NCBI GenBank assembly: GCA_964426555.1 | Contig: CAYRQJ010000002.1 | Location: 29,556-93,555, forward strand | DNA length: 64,000 nt | Reading direction: 5' to 3' | From: an uncultured Candidatus Saccharibacteria bacterium | GTDB taxonomy: Bacteria > Patescibacteriota > Minisyncoccia > Phycocordibacterales > UBA9973 | In this document: piece by piece, positions 41,448 to 51,707 of the stretch | How the letters are laid out: each line of letters starts with the position of its first letter | Position numbering within the stretch: position 1 is the stretch's first letter | Translations under genes and position numbers: made by a program | The notes under the pieces: model-generated | The model's database searches: none | What the model was told of the DNA's origin: nothing | What the model saw: only the letters and a program-made list of their open reading frames with translations

Positions 41448-41537
41448 TTATAGTATTGTAGCCACAGGGCTTTATTAGTATAAGCGTCGCACAAGATTTA
41501 TTTTACGACATACCTTATATATAGGCCTGCAAGCTAT

Positions 41538-43373
41538 TTATTCTTTAAAGAAAGCTTCATGCCACAGTTCTAACATATATAATGCAAATAGTTTTCTAGA
41601 TGTATCTGCTGTTCCTGCCTTGTGTATACTTAACAATTTTGCAATTTCTTCTTTTTTTATAAAACTTGATGCAAACTCGCCACCAATTAGTTTTGTTTCA
41701 AATTCAGTTATATCGTTTCTTAGCCAACCAGCTAATGCTGTTGGAAAGCCCAACTTTCGCCTTTTACTGGTACTACGCGGTATAAGCCGTTTAAAGGCCT
41801 GACGCAGTGCATATTTGGTAGTATGGCCCGCAAACTTTAGCCTGTCAGGCAGATGTTTAGCGTACTCTGCTACGCGTACATCTAAGAATGGAACACGAAG
41901 TTCTAATGAATGCGCCATGGTCATTTTATCAGCCTTGGCTAAAATATCACCAATAAGCCAAGTATGAATATCTATATATTGCATTTGCATTGGTTCAGAA
42001 TAATATTTTGCTTTATTAAATAAATATTCAATACTAAAAACTTCATCTATTTTTTTTCCTGCCCAAACTTTTTCTAATTCATCTTTGGTATAAATTTTTG
42101 CATTACCAATGTAACGATCTTTTAGTGGTGTAAAATATCTTATTAAATAATTTTTACCAAAGAATTTAAAGTCACTAAATGCCAAGCGTCGCAAAATATT
42201 GTTACGTATAAATTTAGGAATTACATCTAATTTGCGTCTATCATAATATTCGCGGTATATAGTATATCCACCAAAGAATTCATCAGCACCTTCACCAGAA
42301 AGAACCACGGTGACGTGTTTACGGGCTTCTGCTGACATCATATATAGTAATATTGCTGATGGGTCTGCAACTGGTTCATCAAAATGATACACTGCCCTAC
42401 TTAATACGCTCATGTATTCATTTTTGGATACTTTTACTTCATGATGATTGCTACCTAACATATCACTGGTTTCTTTGGCGGCAGCAAATTCACCACGCTC
42501 CTTAGACCCAATAGTAAATGTGTGAACTTTCTTGTTTAAATGCTTTGTAAGCAATGTTGCATTTATACTACTGTCTATACCACCAGAGAGAAATGACCCT
42601 ACAGGAACTTCGGCTATGGCATGATGTGCTACAGAATCTTTAAGTAAGATTTGTATATCTGCCATTGTGCCAGATAAATTCATATTTTTATCTACAGAAA
42701 AAGAAAAATCATAATATTTAAATACAGTAAATACGCCACTATTTAAATCCACATCCATATAACATCCAGGATTTAATTTATGAATATTTTGAAAAAAAGT
42801 TTCGGTTAATGGGTTGTATTGGTATTGTAAATAAGCATAAATAGCATTTGTGTTTACACGTTTATTATATCTTGGGTCTTTTAAAATAGATTTTATTTCT
42901 GAACCAAAAGAACATAGTTTGTTTTCTTCAGTAAAATAATATAATGGTTTAATACCAAAATGGTCTCGCGCAATAAATAAACTATTTTTTACACTGTCGT
43001 ATATACAAAATACAAACATTCCACGTAAAAATTTAGGAGTATCTGCGCCGTATTCTTCATACATTGCCAAGATAGTTTCAGTATCAGAATTTGTTTTAAA
43101 TTCGTAGTTTGGTAGTAGTTCACTGCGTAGTTCTAAATAGTTATAAATTTCACCATTAAAGAAGATACATTTTGTTTTGTCTTTATTCCATATTGGTTGG
43201 TCACCATGAGCCACGTCAATTATAGCCAAACGGCGCATACCCAGTGCAACATTTTCATTTACAAATGTACCAGCACCATCAGGGCCACGGTGAAATATGG
43301 CATCGTTCATAAGATTTATGATTTTTTCATTTTCAGTTTTATTGTTATTTATATAACCAACTATTCCACACAT
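41538..43373 (-). CDS. asnB: Asparagine synthase (glutamine-hydrolysing) family amidotransferase
   Basis: MCGIVG, HRGPD, RRLAIID, NGEIYN, LSGGIDS, SGEGADE, ELRVPFLD. Confidence 0.92.
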   Translation of the reverse strand: MCGIVGYINNNKTENEKIINLMNDAIFHRGPDGAGTFVNENVALGMRRLAIIDVAHGDQPIWNKDKTKCIFFNGEIYNYLELRSELLPNYEFKTNSDTETILAMYEEYGADTPKFLRGMFVFCIYDSVKNSLFIARDHFGIKPLYYFTEENKLCSFGSEIKSILKDPRYNKRVNTNAIYAYLQYQYNPLTETFFQNIHKLNPGCYMDVDLNSGVFTVFKYYDFSFSVDKNMNLSGTMADIQILLKDSVAHHAIAEVPVGSFLSGGIDSSINATLLTKHLNKKVHTFTIGSKERGEFAAAKETSDMLGSNHHEVKVSKNEYMSVLSRAVYHFDEPVADPSAILLYMMSAEARKHVTVVLSGEGADEFFGGYTIYREYYDRRKLDVIPKFIRNNILRRLAFSDFKFFGKNYLIRYFTPLKDRYIGNAKIYTKDELEKVWAGKKIDEVFSIEYLFNKAKYYSEPMQMQYIDIHTWLIGDILAKADKMTMAHSLELRVPFLDVRVAEYAKHLPDRLKFAGHTTKYALRQAFKRLIPRSTSKRRKLGFPTALAGWLRNDITEFETKLIGGEFASSFIKKEEIAKLLSIHKAGTADTSRKLFALYMLELWHEAFFKE

Positions 43374-43481
43374 ATAAGACTATTTTAGCATATTTATATA
43401 TACATTCATAAATTAAATGTAATTAGTTGACAAAAAGCACATTTATGTGTTAATATATAAACAACATTTAAAATATTAGAT

Positions 43482-43742
43482 ATGGGAAACGAACAAAATG
43501 ACAAGATCATTAAAGACAGAACACCTGAAGGGGTCAAAGGTTTAACAACTGAAGTATTGAATGAAGAGTATTTAACAACAAAGAACACGTTGGAAAATAT
43601 TATTTCAGATTGTACTAAAGAGAAAGATAGTATGATTCAAACAATATTATCAATCTATATCCAAGAATTTAAAAATCGTGGATTAAAACTTCCAACAAGA
43701 ATTTCTTCTCCAAACCAAAATTTAGACGGAGACGCTTGTTAG
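43482..43742 (+). CDS. Hypothetical protein
   Basis: 86-aa ORF with upstream TTGACA-type promoter and downstream hairpin. Confidence 0.5.
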   Translation: MGNEQNDKIIKDRTPEGVKGLTTEVLNEEYLTTKNTLENIISDCTKEKDSMIQTILSIYIQEFKNRGLKLPTRISSPNQNLDGDAC

Positions 43743-43760
43743 CCCCACCAATTAAAACAA

Positions 43761-43799
43761 AAAAAACGCCACTTGTATGTTTACAAGTGGTATTTTTTT
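43761..43799. terminator. Bidirectional terminator
   Basis: A-tract CCACTTGTA-loop-TACAAGTGG T-tract between convergent genes. Confidence 0.75.
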
Positions 43800-43815
43800 A
43801 TTTAATTTTTATATT

Positions 43816-45132
43816 TTAAAGTCTACTTAATGTTTCCGTTTTACCTAATACACTTGATACAGTAAATGGGTCTGGAGATTTAGCTTGACCAGTCAAAGCT
43901 ACGCGCATAGCCCATAGTACATCTCCCCTGCCATGCTCATCCGCATAAACCATTACCTTGTCTTTTATACTTTCTGTATGAAAGTCGTGTTCGTCTATGG
44001 TAGATAAAATATTTTTTATTCCACTTAGAAATTCTTTAATTTTCTCATTCTTATCTTCGCCTAATTTTGTTTTGGGAGATATCAGCAACGCACTATTAAA
44101 TTCAGGTTTATTAAAGAAAAATTCCATTTCTCCATTTTTACCAAATAAATTTTTTACATCACTAAATTTGTTTATATGGTCACGAATAATAAATAAAATA
44201 TTATTTATTATCTTAGAATTTTTAACGTTATCAGGTAAATATGAATTTATATAATTTAAAAATTCAGTGTCTGATAATTTCTTGATATATTCTTTATTAA
44301 ACCAATTTAATTTTTCTTCATTAAATACAGCAGGAGATTTTTGAACTTTTGCTAAATCAAATTCTTTAATAAGTTCATCTTTAGTAAATAATTCTTGTTC
44401 AGTTCCAGGATTCCATCCAACCATAGATACCATGTTTAATATAGCTTCTGGCATATATCCCAAATCTTTATATTCAGTTATTGCTAATGCACCTTTACGT
44501 TTTGAAAGCTTTTGTTTATCTACGCCCAGTACTAAAGGCAAATGAACATATACCGGTGTAGGCGCACCAATTGCACGCTGAATAAGAATTTGTCTTGGAG
44601 TATTTGACACATGATCTTCACCACGAACAACATGAGTTACACCTTCATCCATATCGTCCACTACAACAGCTAAATGAAATAATGGTTCGTTAATATTTTT
44701 AGCAATTACAAAATCACCCAAATCAGCAGTATGCATTGTAACACTACCTTTGATAGCGTCAGTAAATGTTACATCCTCATTGGGATTTTTAAATCTTACT
44801 ATTTCTTTTATTACACCACTACCGTCTTTAGCTTCTTCGTGTGATATATAAGCATGACCAGAATCTATCATTTTTAATAATATTTCTTTATGTCTTGCTA
44901 CGTGTTCAGACTGAATATATTTTTCGTCATATTTAATACCAAGCCATTCTAGAGAATCTAATATATTTTCTTCGTTTTCTTTTGTGGATCTATCTTTGTC
45001 TGTATCTTCAATTCTTAAGATAAATTTACCGCCATTTTTATGGGCAAATAAATAAGCAAAAATAGCCGTACGGTATGCACCGGCATGTAATTTCCCAGTT
45101 GGGCTGGGTGCAAATCTTGTAACTATGTTCAT
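43816..45132 (-). CDS. gltX: Glutamate--tRNA ligase
   Basis: RFAPSPTG.LH, LRIEDTD, RGEDH, KLSKR. Confidence 0.96.
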   Translation of the reverse strand: MNIVTRFAPSPTGKLHAGAYRTAIFAYLFAHKNGGKFILRIEDTDKDRSTKENEENILDSLEWLGIKYDEKYIQSEHVARHKEILLKMIDSGHAYISHEEAKDGSGVIKEIVRFKNPNEDVTFTDAIKGSVTMHTADLGDFVIAKNINEPLFHLAVVVDDMDEGVTHVVRGEDHVSNTPRQILIQRAIGAPTPVYVHLPLVLGVDKQKLSKRKGALAITEYKDLGYMPEAILNMVSMVGWNPGTEQELFTKDELIKEFDLAKVQKSPAVFNEEKLNWFNKEYIKKLSDTEFLNYINSYLPDNVKNSKIINNILFIIRDHINKFSDVKNLFGKNGEMEFFFNKPEFNSALLISPKTKLGEDKNEKIKEFLSGIKNILSTIDEHDFHTESIKDKVMVYADEHGRGDVLWAMRVALTGQAKSPDPFTVSSVLGKTETLSRL

Positions 45133-45154
45133 AAAATTAGTATATCACAATCTA

Positions 45155-46963
45155 TTAAATATCCTCTTCTTCGTTATTTTCTTCTTTTATAAAGCCTCCG
45201 GCCTGTAAATCCCATAGCTTTTTATAAATACTGCCACTATTTTGCAATAATTCATCATGACTTCCATCTTCTATAATTTTACCTTTTTCTAAAACTAAAA
45301 TCCGATCCATCATTTTAATAGTTGACAGTCTATGAGCAATAGCAATAACAGTTTTGCCTTTCATTAATTCTTGTAATGCTTCTTGAATTTTTATTTCTGT
45401 TTCAGAATCTAGAGCTGACGTTGCTTCGTCCAGTACTAATATTGGTGCATTTTTAAGAATTGCGCGCGCTATTGCAATACGTTGCCTTTCTCCACCAGAG
45501 AGTTTTACACCACGTTCACCAACTAATGTATCGTAACCATTTGGAAATTTTGAGATAAATTCATGAGCATGGGCTTTTTTTGCAGCTTTAATTATTTCTT
45601 CTTCGGTTGCATCATGTCTACCATAATTTATATTTTCTCTTATGCTGCGATGGAATAATACTGATTCTTGTGGAACAAAACCAATTATTTTATGTAAATC
45701 TTCCTGTCTAAGATTTCTTATGTCATTACCATCAATATTAATACTGCCTTTTTGTACATCAAACAATCTAAATAATAGTTTAACTAAAGTAGTTTTACCT
45801 GCTCCTGATTGTCCAATTAACGCAATCTTTTGACCTTTGCTAATTTCCAAACTAAGATTATCTAAGACTAAATTTTGAGTATCACCTTTGTTATATTCAT
45901 AAGTTATACCGTCAAAATTTATTTCACCTTTTGTTTTCTTTATCTCAACTGGATTTTGCGTATCAGTAATCTCAAACGGGGCTTCCATAATTTCAACAAT
46001 ATCAACCGCATCAACATAAGCTTCACTCATGTCTTTAAAAATTCCACTAATACTCCACATGTCTTCTGATAACTTTTTTATATAAGTATATGCTAAATAG
46101 AAAAAACCAACACTTACTAAATCAAGTTTAAAATAGTACAAACCAAATATAAAAATTAAAATTTCAACAAATACAGTAATTGAAGATTGGAACATAAAAA
46201 ATTTATCATCTCTTGTTGTTCTAATTTTATACAATCCAATTAATCTACTAATTTTACTCCAAGCATTATTTTTTTCTTTACTGAAACCCGTAAAAAGCTG
46301 TACAGTCAGATGATTTGAAAAACTGTCTACATAATCTCCGTTGATTTTTGATTTTAATTTAGATATTTCTTTTCTATTTTCTCTTACATACTGGCTATAC
46401 CAATAATTTGTAGAAATAAATATTACAAACCACACAGTCATTATCAAACCTATCGTTTTATTAAAATAAAATAAAACAATAGTAAACCCAATTGATCTTA
46501 CTAAATTGGGTAATATATCGTTACTGAAATTTTTCCATAAAGTCCCAAAACTATTTCGATATTTGTCTATTTTATGAGCTAATGTACCAGCTGAATTTGA
46601 TACAAAAAAATTATGCGCATGATTTAATATTCTATTATAAGCATCAAAATATAGACTAAATTCTATAGAATTGAACATTTTTCTATGTAGATATGATGTT
46701 ATTCTACGAAGTAAAAATCGTACTAAAATTATAGAAATCACAACCATCAAAACAACGTAAGCTTGATTATATATAACTTGTCTTGATATTGGTTGAGTTA
46801 ATACATCAAAAAACTTTTTAACATATATTGGTGAGATTATTTCAGTAAATGCAGAAATTATCACAAGTGACCAGTACAAAATAATTTTATATTTGTATTC
46901 TTTAGCAATATTCCAATAATTTCGGAGTACATCTCGTAATCCGATTTTTTTATTTGTATTCAT
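45155..46963 (-). CDS. ABC exporter, fused permease/ATPase
   Basis: TM domain plus GQSGAGKT, LSGGERQR, LDEATSALD, AHRLST. Confidence 0.93.
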   Translation of the reverse strand: MNTNKKIGLRDVLRNYWNIAKEYKYKIILYWSLVIISAFTEIISPIYVKKFFDVLTQPISRQVIYNQAYVVLMVVISIILVRFLLRRITSYLHRKMFNSIEFSLYFDAYNRILNHAHNFFVSNSAGTLAHKIDKYRNSFGTLWKNFSNDILPNLVRSIGFTIVLFYFNKTIGLIMTVWFVIFISTNYWYSQYVRENRKEISKLKSKINGDYVDSFSNHLTVQLFTGFSKEKNNAWSKISRLIGLYKIRTTRDDKFFMFQSSITVFVEILIFIFGLYYFKLDLVSVGFFYLAYTYIKKLSEDMWSISGIFKDMSEAYVDAVDIVEIMEAPFEITDTQNPVEIKKTKGEINFDGITYEYNKGDTQNLVLDNLSLEISKGQKIALIGQSGAGKTTLVKLLFRLFDVQKGSINIDGNDIRNLRQEDLHKIIGFVPQESVLFHRSIRENINYGRHDATEEEIIKAAKKAHAHEFISKFPNGYDTLVGERGVKLSGGERQRIAIARAILKNAPILVLDEATSALDSETEIKIQEALQELMKGKTVIAIAHRLSTIKMMDRILVLEKGKIIEDGSHDELLQNSGSIYKKLWDLQAGGFIKEENNEEEDI

Positions 46964-46974
46964 ATAATTTAACT

Positions 46975-47346
46975 TTATTTTATGGGCATGTCTGAGCGAA
47001 TTTTTTTGAATTCGTTAGATAGTTTTGCCAGCTCTTCTTCAGTAGTATCTTCAAGGTCAATAAAATCGTTACGGGCTGCTTTTATAGAATGGATTAGTTC
47101 GTCTAATTTAAGATGAACAGCCTTAGAATCTCGGTTTTGCATATTTTGAATAAGAAAAACCATTAGAAATGTAATTATAGTTGTACCAGTATTTATAACC
47201 AGTTGCCATGTATCTGAGAAATCAAACATTGGACCAGTCACAAGCCAAATTATTATAACCAATAATGCAGCAGCAAATGCCCAAGGGCTACCTGTATTTT
47301 CGCCTACTTTGTGAGAAATTTTGTGGAATAATTCATTTATATTCAT
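46975..47346 (-). CDS. Low-affinity iron permease (Fet4-like) family protein
   Basis: FSDTWQLVINTGTTIITFLMVFLIQN.QNRD..A.HLKLDELI; start at second Met after TGGTACAAT. Confidence 0.88.
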   Translation of the reverse strand: MNINELFHKISHKVGENTGSPWAFAAALLVIIIWLVTGPMFDFSDTWQLVINTGTTIITFLMVFLIQNMQNRDSKAVHLKLDELIHSIKAARNDFIDLEDTTEEELAKLSNEFKKIRSDMPIK

Positions 47347-47470
47347 ATGCAAAATTGTACCATATGTTATAAAAACAGCAAAATTAGTTTAATATTGAAT
47401 TTAATACTTTACCTAATCAAATTATTGCTAAATATAGTTTTTTGTGGTATTTTAAACAAAATAAAAACAT

Positions 47471-47788
47471 ATGGAAAGCGAAATAAATTCTGCTATTGAT
47501 ATGCGGAAAATACAAAATATTGCACAAGCTAATAAAGCTATGGCAATTGTTACCGGCTACTGTATAGCTGAATCTGAAACCCCCCAAAAATCTCACCGCG
47601 GTGATTATTTAGCGGTTAAAAGATGGTTAAGAAACATTGCAACAATTCATGGATATCCTTCATTTCAAGGAAAATGCAGAGAATTATTAAAAAGTTTAGA
47701 ATTAACCTTGCAAAAGGCTAACCACTACAATTCACCACGAACACAAAAATTAAAAAAATATAAATCAAACTTTAAAAATAGGAGGTAA
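47471..47788 (+). CDS. Hypothetical protein
   Basis: 105-aa ORF; no family recognised. Confidence 0.5.
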   Translation: MESEINSAIDMRKIQNIAQANKAMAIVTGYCIAESETPQKSHRGDYLAVKRWLRNIATIHGYPSFQGKCRELLKSLELTLQKANHYNSPRTQKLKKYKSNFKNRR

Positions 47789-47792
47789 AAAA

Positions 47793-48182
47793 ATGACAAC
47801 AACATCAACAATTACAGAAAGAAAAATGAGGACTATAATCGAGTCTGAAAATGAAATTCTTAAACACTACCAAGTTTTTTTTAAAAAACTGGAAAGAAAT
47901 ACATCTTCAACAGAATCTGATTTAAATGATTTCGTAGAGCTTTACAAAAACCATTTGGCGAATTTTCAAATCAGAGCCAGATATTATGCTAATGTATTTT
48001 TCCACCAACACGAAAAACAATACGGATTAGTTGAAAATTCTGAAGCATGGCAAACAGCACAAGAAATAAAAGTAATTGCCGAAGAAAATGTATTGAAATA
48101 TCTGAAAATTGCAAAAGAGGCATTAGATCGCGACTATGAAGAAATAATAAGCAAAATACCAGAAAAACCAGATGAATCCTGA
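47793..48182 (+). CDS. Hypothetical protein
   Basis: 129-aa helical ORF with AGGAGG RBS upstream. Confidence 0.55.
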   Translation: MTTTSTITERKMRTIIESENEILKHYQVFFKKLERNTSSTESDLNDFVELYKNHLANFQIRARYYANVFFHQHEKQYGLVENSEAWQTAQEIKVIAEENVLKYLKIAKEALDRDYEEIISKIPEKPDES

Positions 48183-48203
48183 AAATAAAAAAACAAAAAA
48201 TAC

Positions 48204-48227
48204 ACCGGCCCTCGTGCCGGTTTTTTT
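48204..48227 (+). terminator. Intrinsic terminator
   Basis: ACCGGC-CCTCGT-GCCGGTTTTTTT. Confidence 0.75.
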
Positions 48228-48252
48228 ATTATGTATGTGTTATAGTATTTTT

Positions 48253-49377
48253 ATGACAAATTTCAAGATAATTAATTTTATTGTATTCTTTTTAGCCTTT
48301 GGAGGAATATTATTTATAGGCTCTTTTAGTGTTTATAAAACATACACTGCTTTTGGTAATTTCCCTACAATTTTTAATAAAATACTACTAATTTTACTTA
48401 TTGTAATGCCTGTGTTATTTATTGGAACTACTTTAATCAGTATGAAGCAGTACAGCCAAATTAATTCTATTTTTTATACAATTTCATCATCTTGGCTACC
48501 AATATTAGCTTATTTATTCTTGGGATCAATTATTCTCACTATTTTAAATGTGACTATTTCTAGTACAATATTATTCCCTGTTATTTATAAATACACTGTT
48601 TATGGATTACTTTTATTATCTTTTGGTTTAAATGTTTATGGTTTAATTAATTCAAATAATTTTATAATTAAAACAATTAATATTTCAAAAGAAAATGAAT
48701 TATCTGGACCCCTTTATGGTAAAAAAGTTGTTTTATTTGCTGACACACACATTGGTGTAGTTCATAAAAAAAACTTTTTAAATAAAGTAGTAAAGTTAAT
48801 AAACAAACAAAATCCAGATATTGTATTACTTGCCGGAGATTTAATAGATGGACCTAAAATACCATTTAATGATTTCCTATCCCCTATTAAAGATATAAAA
48901 TCAAATATTGGCACATTCTACACTCCCGGAAATCATGAAATTTATTACGGAGACCAAGAAGAAATATATAAATTTACAGACCAATACACCGTTGGTTTAC
49001 GAAACAAAATCACCCAATTAGAAGGTTTCAATATAATTGGTCTTACTTATGATGCTAAAGAAGGCCCAGATGCCACGCTGAACCGTCTATATGCCTCTCA
49101 GTACGATAAAAATACACCAACTATAGTTATTCTTCACGAACCTAAAAATAACAAAACACTGCAAAATGAAGGCGTAGATTTAGTTGTTTCTGGGCATACT
49201 CATGGTGGTCAATTTTGGCCATTTAGCTTACTAGTAAAAGGTATTTACAAAGAATACACTACAGGGCTTGTAATGGTTGGCAATAATGCTTCTATTACAA
49301 CAACCGGTATTGGTACATGGGGTCCAGCAGCACGTATTGGAACAAATCCTGAAATAGTAATTATTAATTTTGAATAA
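48253..49377 (+). CDS. Membrane-bound metallophosphoesterase (YkuE/YaeI-like)
   Basis: Four TM then DTH, GDLID, GNHE, HEP, SGHTHGGQ; start at ATG 6 nt after TGTTATAGT. Confidence 0.9.
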   Translation: MTNFKIINFIVFFLAFGGILFIGSFSVYKTYTAFGNFPTIFNKILLILLIVMPVLFIGTTLISMKQYSQINSIFYTISSSWLPILAYLFLGSIILTILNVTISSTILFPVIYKYTVYGLLLLSFGLNVYGLINSNNFIIKTINISKENELSGPLYGKKVVLFADTHIGVVHKKNFLNKVVKLINKQNPDIVLLAGDLIDGPKIPFNDFLSPIKDIKSNIGTFYTPGNHEIYYGDQEEIYKFTDQYTVGLRNKITQLEGFNIIGLTYDAKEGPDATLNRLYASQYDKNTPTIVILHEPKNNKTLQNEGVDLVVSGHTHGGQFWPFSLLVKGIYKEYTTGLVMVGNNASITTTGIGTWGPAARIGTNPEIVIINFE

Positions 49378-49379
49378 TA

Positions 49380-49814
49380 TTATTCAACAATTATTTTAAA
49401 TTTTTTAGTTTTACCAAGAAGATTTATCTCTCCAACATGCTCTCCAAGATTCTTTATATGAAATGGTGTAAACATGTTTTCATTTAATTCTAAATTAGTT
49501 TCTTTAGAAAGTATCGGTAACACATCTTTTATCGTAACAGCTTTAAATAACACACCTTTATTATTTGTGCTAGTTTTTATTACAATCTCTTTACCTTCAA
49601 CTTCTTTTAAGATAGTTTCATTCTTTGCTTTTAGAAAAACGTCTTTAGTTTGATTAGACATTATGCGATCTTTTAATTTTTGTACAGCTTCAGGGGTTGC
49701 AGGAATAGCTAATTTTTGTGGAATAAGAAAATTTCTAGCATAGCCTTCGCCTATGTCTTTGATTTCATCTTTCTTTCCTTGTTTTGGAACGTCTTTTAAA
49801 AAGATAATTTTCAT
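49380..49814 (-). CDS. rplI: 50S ribosomal protein L9
   Basis: [36 protein letters not shown]. Confidence 0.95.
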   Translation of the reverse strand: MKIIFLKDVPKQGKKDEIKDIGEGYARNFLIPQKLAIPATPEAVQKLKDRIMSNQTKDVFLKAKNETILKEVEGKEIVIKTSTNNKGVLFKAVTIKDVLPILSKETNLELNENMFTPFHIKNLGEHVGEINLLGKTKKFKIIVE

Positions 49815-49933
49815 CCCGTTAGAAGCAGATCGCGATCAAATCACGATTTTGCTTAATTATTCTTATAATATTATTTTTATTTAAATTCATAATTCTCCTT
49901 GTACATTAATTGCGATCGCGGCTTCTAACGGGA
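49814..49933 (-). mobile_element. 120-bp start-codon-associated inverted-repeat element, copy 2 (at rplI)
   Basis: TCCCGTTAGAAGC...GCTTCTAACGGGA; TGAA duplicated on both sides (49810-13, 49934-37); last base is the A of the rplI ATG. Confidence 0.8.
49819..49890 (-). CDS. Putative 23-aa element peptide [23 protein letters not shown]
   Basis: AAGGAG 4 nt upstream; stop in the right inverted repeat; 14/23 identical to the copy-3 peptide. Confidence 0.55.
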   Translation of the reverse strand: MNLNKNNIIRIIKQNRDLIAICF

Positions 49934-49942
49934 TTCATTCCT

Positions 49943-51163
49943 TTATTGTTTTACTATTTCTATTGCTTTATCTAGCTGGTTATCTAGTTTTGGATTTTTA
50001 TCATCATAAATTCGCTTTACTTCAACATCAGGTTTTATACCATTTTTATCTATGGCATCACCATTTGGAGTTAACCATTTTGCAATAGTTATTTTTAGAT
50101 TTGTTCCATTTTTCATTGGTAATAATTCTTGAACAGATCCTTTACCAAAACTTTTTACTCCAACTAATTTAGCTATTTTATTATCACGCAATGCTCCGGC
50201 TACAATTTCAGATGCTGAAGCAGAACCTGCATCAATTAACACAACGACATTAGATTTATTTTTAATTGTATTATAGCCATAACTAACGTGTACTTGTTTT
50301 TTAGAATTTTTAACAAAATCTTCACTAACAATTGTTTTACCTTTTGGTACAAAATAACTACTAATATCTACTGCAGCATCTAAATAACCACCTGGGTCTT
50401 CTCTTAAATCAATAATCAAATATGGTAAATTTGAATTATTGTATTCTTTAACAGCATTAGCAAATTCAGTTTTTACTTTTTCTCCAAAAGTATAAATATG
50501 GATTATAAATACACCATCTTTTATTTCAGTTTTAATTGTGGGCACCACAATAGTATCTCTAGTTACTTTAATACTTCTAGTTTCTTTTTCGCCACTACGA
50601 TATATTTCTAAATCAACAATAGTTCCTTTTTTACCACGAATTTTTGAAATAGCATTATCAATTGTCATATCAGCAGTAGAAATACCATCGATTTTTACTA
50701 TTTTATCTCCAGCTCTAATACCTGCAATTTGCGCAGGTGAATCTTTTAATGGAGCAATAATTGTTAAAATTTGATCTTTAGTACCAACTTCAGCCCCTAT
50801 TCCGTCAAAAGAACCCGAAATTGATTCATTGAATTCTTTTGCTTTCTGAGGTGGCATGAATTGTGTATACGGGTCACCCAGTGACGCAGCTAACCCTTCT
50901 ATGGCACCATAAATCATATCTTCGTCTTTTACATTTTTAACATAAATAGATTTTTCTTTTAAAGTATTCCAAACACTAAAAAATAAATCTAAATCGGTAT
51001 TTTTAACAGTAGCAGCTTCAGCAATATTTCTGTTACCAAAAGGAATATTTACAACTTTTTTTTGTGCAGCATAAACACCAAAAACAAAAGAAAAAACAGC
51101 AATGGATACAAATCCAAATACTAATACTAATTTTTTATAATGATTGTTATTTTGGTTATTCAT
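49943..51163 (-). CDS. S41 carboxyl-terminal processing protease with PDZ
   Basis: LGDPYT, DLREDPGG, SASASEIVAGAL, SFGKGSVQ. Confidence 0.93.
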   Translation of the reverse strand: MNNQNNNHYKKLVLVFGFVSIAVFSFVFGVYAAQKKVVNIPFGNRNIAEAATVKNTDLDLFFSVWNTLKEKSIYVKNVKDEDMIYGAIEGLAASLGDPYTQFMPPQKAKEFNESISGSFDGIGAEVGTKDQILTIIAPLKDSPAQIAGIRAGDKIVKIDGISTADMTIDNAISKIRGKKGTIVDLEIYRSGEKETRSIKVTRDTIVVPTIKTEIKDGVFIIHIYTFGEKVKTEFANAVKEYNNSNLPYLIIDLREDPGGYLDAAVDISSYFVPKGKTIVSEDFVKNSKKQVHVSYGYNTIKNKSNVVVLIDAGSASASEIVAGALRDNKIAKLVGVKSFGKGSVQELLPMKNGTNLKITIAKWLTPNGDAIDKNGIKPDVEVKRIYDDKNPKLDNQLDKAIEIVKQ

Positions 51164-51671
51164 TACTGTTTTCTAAACTATCAAACGAAATTGCTTTTAT
51201 TGTTTTCTTGGGTCTTTGGGAAACTATTTCTAATTTTCTTTTTGGTTTTATAACTTTGGGTTTATCTTCTTCAGAATAAATATTTATTCTTTCAATCTTT
51301 TCTTGGACTAATACAGGTTCTTCTTTTGGTATACTATTAACAATTTCAGAATTAAAAGATGCAAAGCTACTTTCGTTAGAAGAAGATACATTGCTAAGTT
51401 GTGTTTCATTTTTATAAGTATCTAAAATAATTTCAGGTTCTGTATAAATATGATTATTTATGGGTTCAGTTGAAGATGTAACCTTTGGACTATTGTCTAT
51501 ATGTGTTTTTTTATGTATATTTTTAGCTTCACCATAATGCTTGTTGCCTATATAAAGTAGCAGTAAACCAGTTAAAGAAAAAAGTACTGTTTTTGTGTCC
51601 CAAGAAAACCCAAGCCAAGGCATAACTAATGCCCAAAGCCCAATATAAGATATAATTCTTTTTGATTTCAT
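51156..51671 (-). CDS. Hypothetical membrane protein
   Basis: Two N-terminal TM segments and a low-complexity tail. Confidence 0.6.
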   Translation of the reverse strand: MKSKRIISYIGLWALVMPWLGFSWDTKTVLFSLTGLLLLYIGNKHYGEAKNIHKKTHIDNSPKVTSSTEPINNHIYTEPEIILDTYKNETQLSNVSSSNESSFASFNSEIVNSIPKEEPVLVQEKIERINIYSEEDKPKVIKPKRKLEIVSQRPKKTIKAISFDSLENSNE

Positions 51672-51707
51672 AGATACTATTTTACCATATTTACCAAACG
51701 GTTTCTA

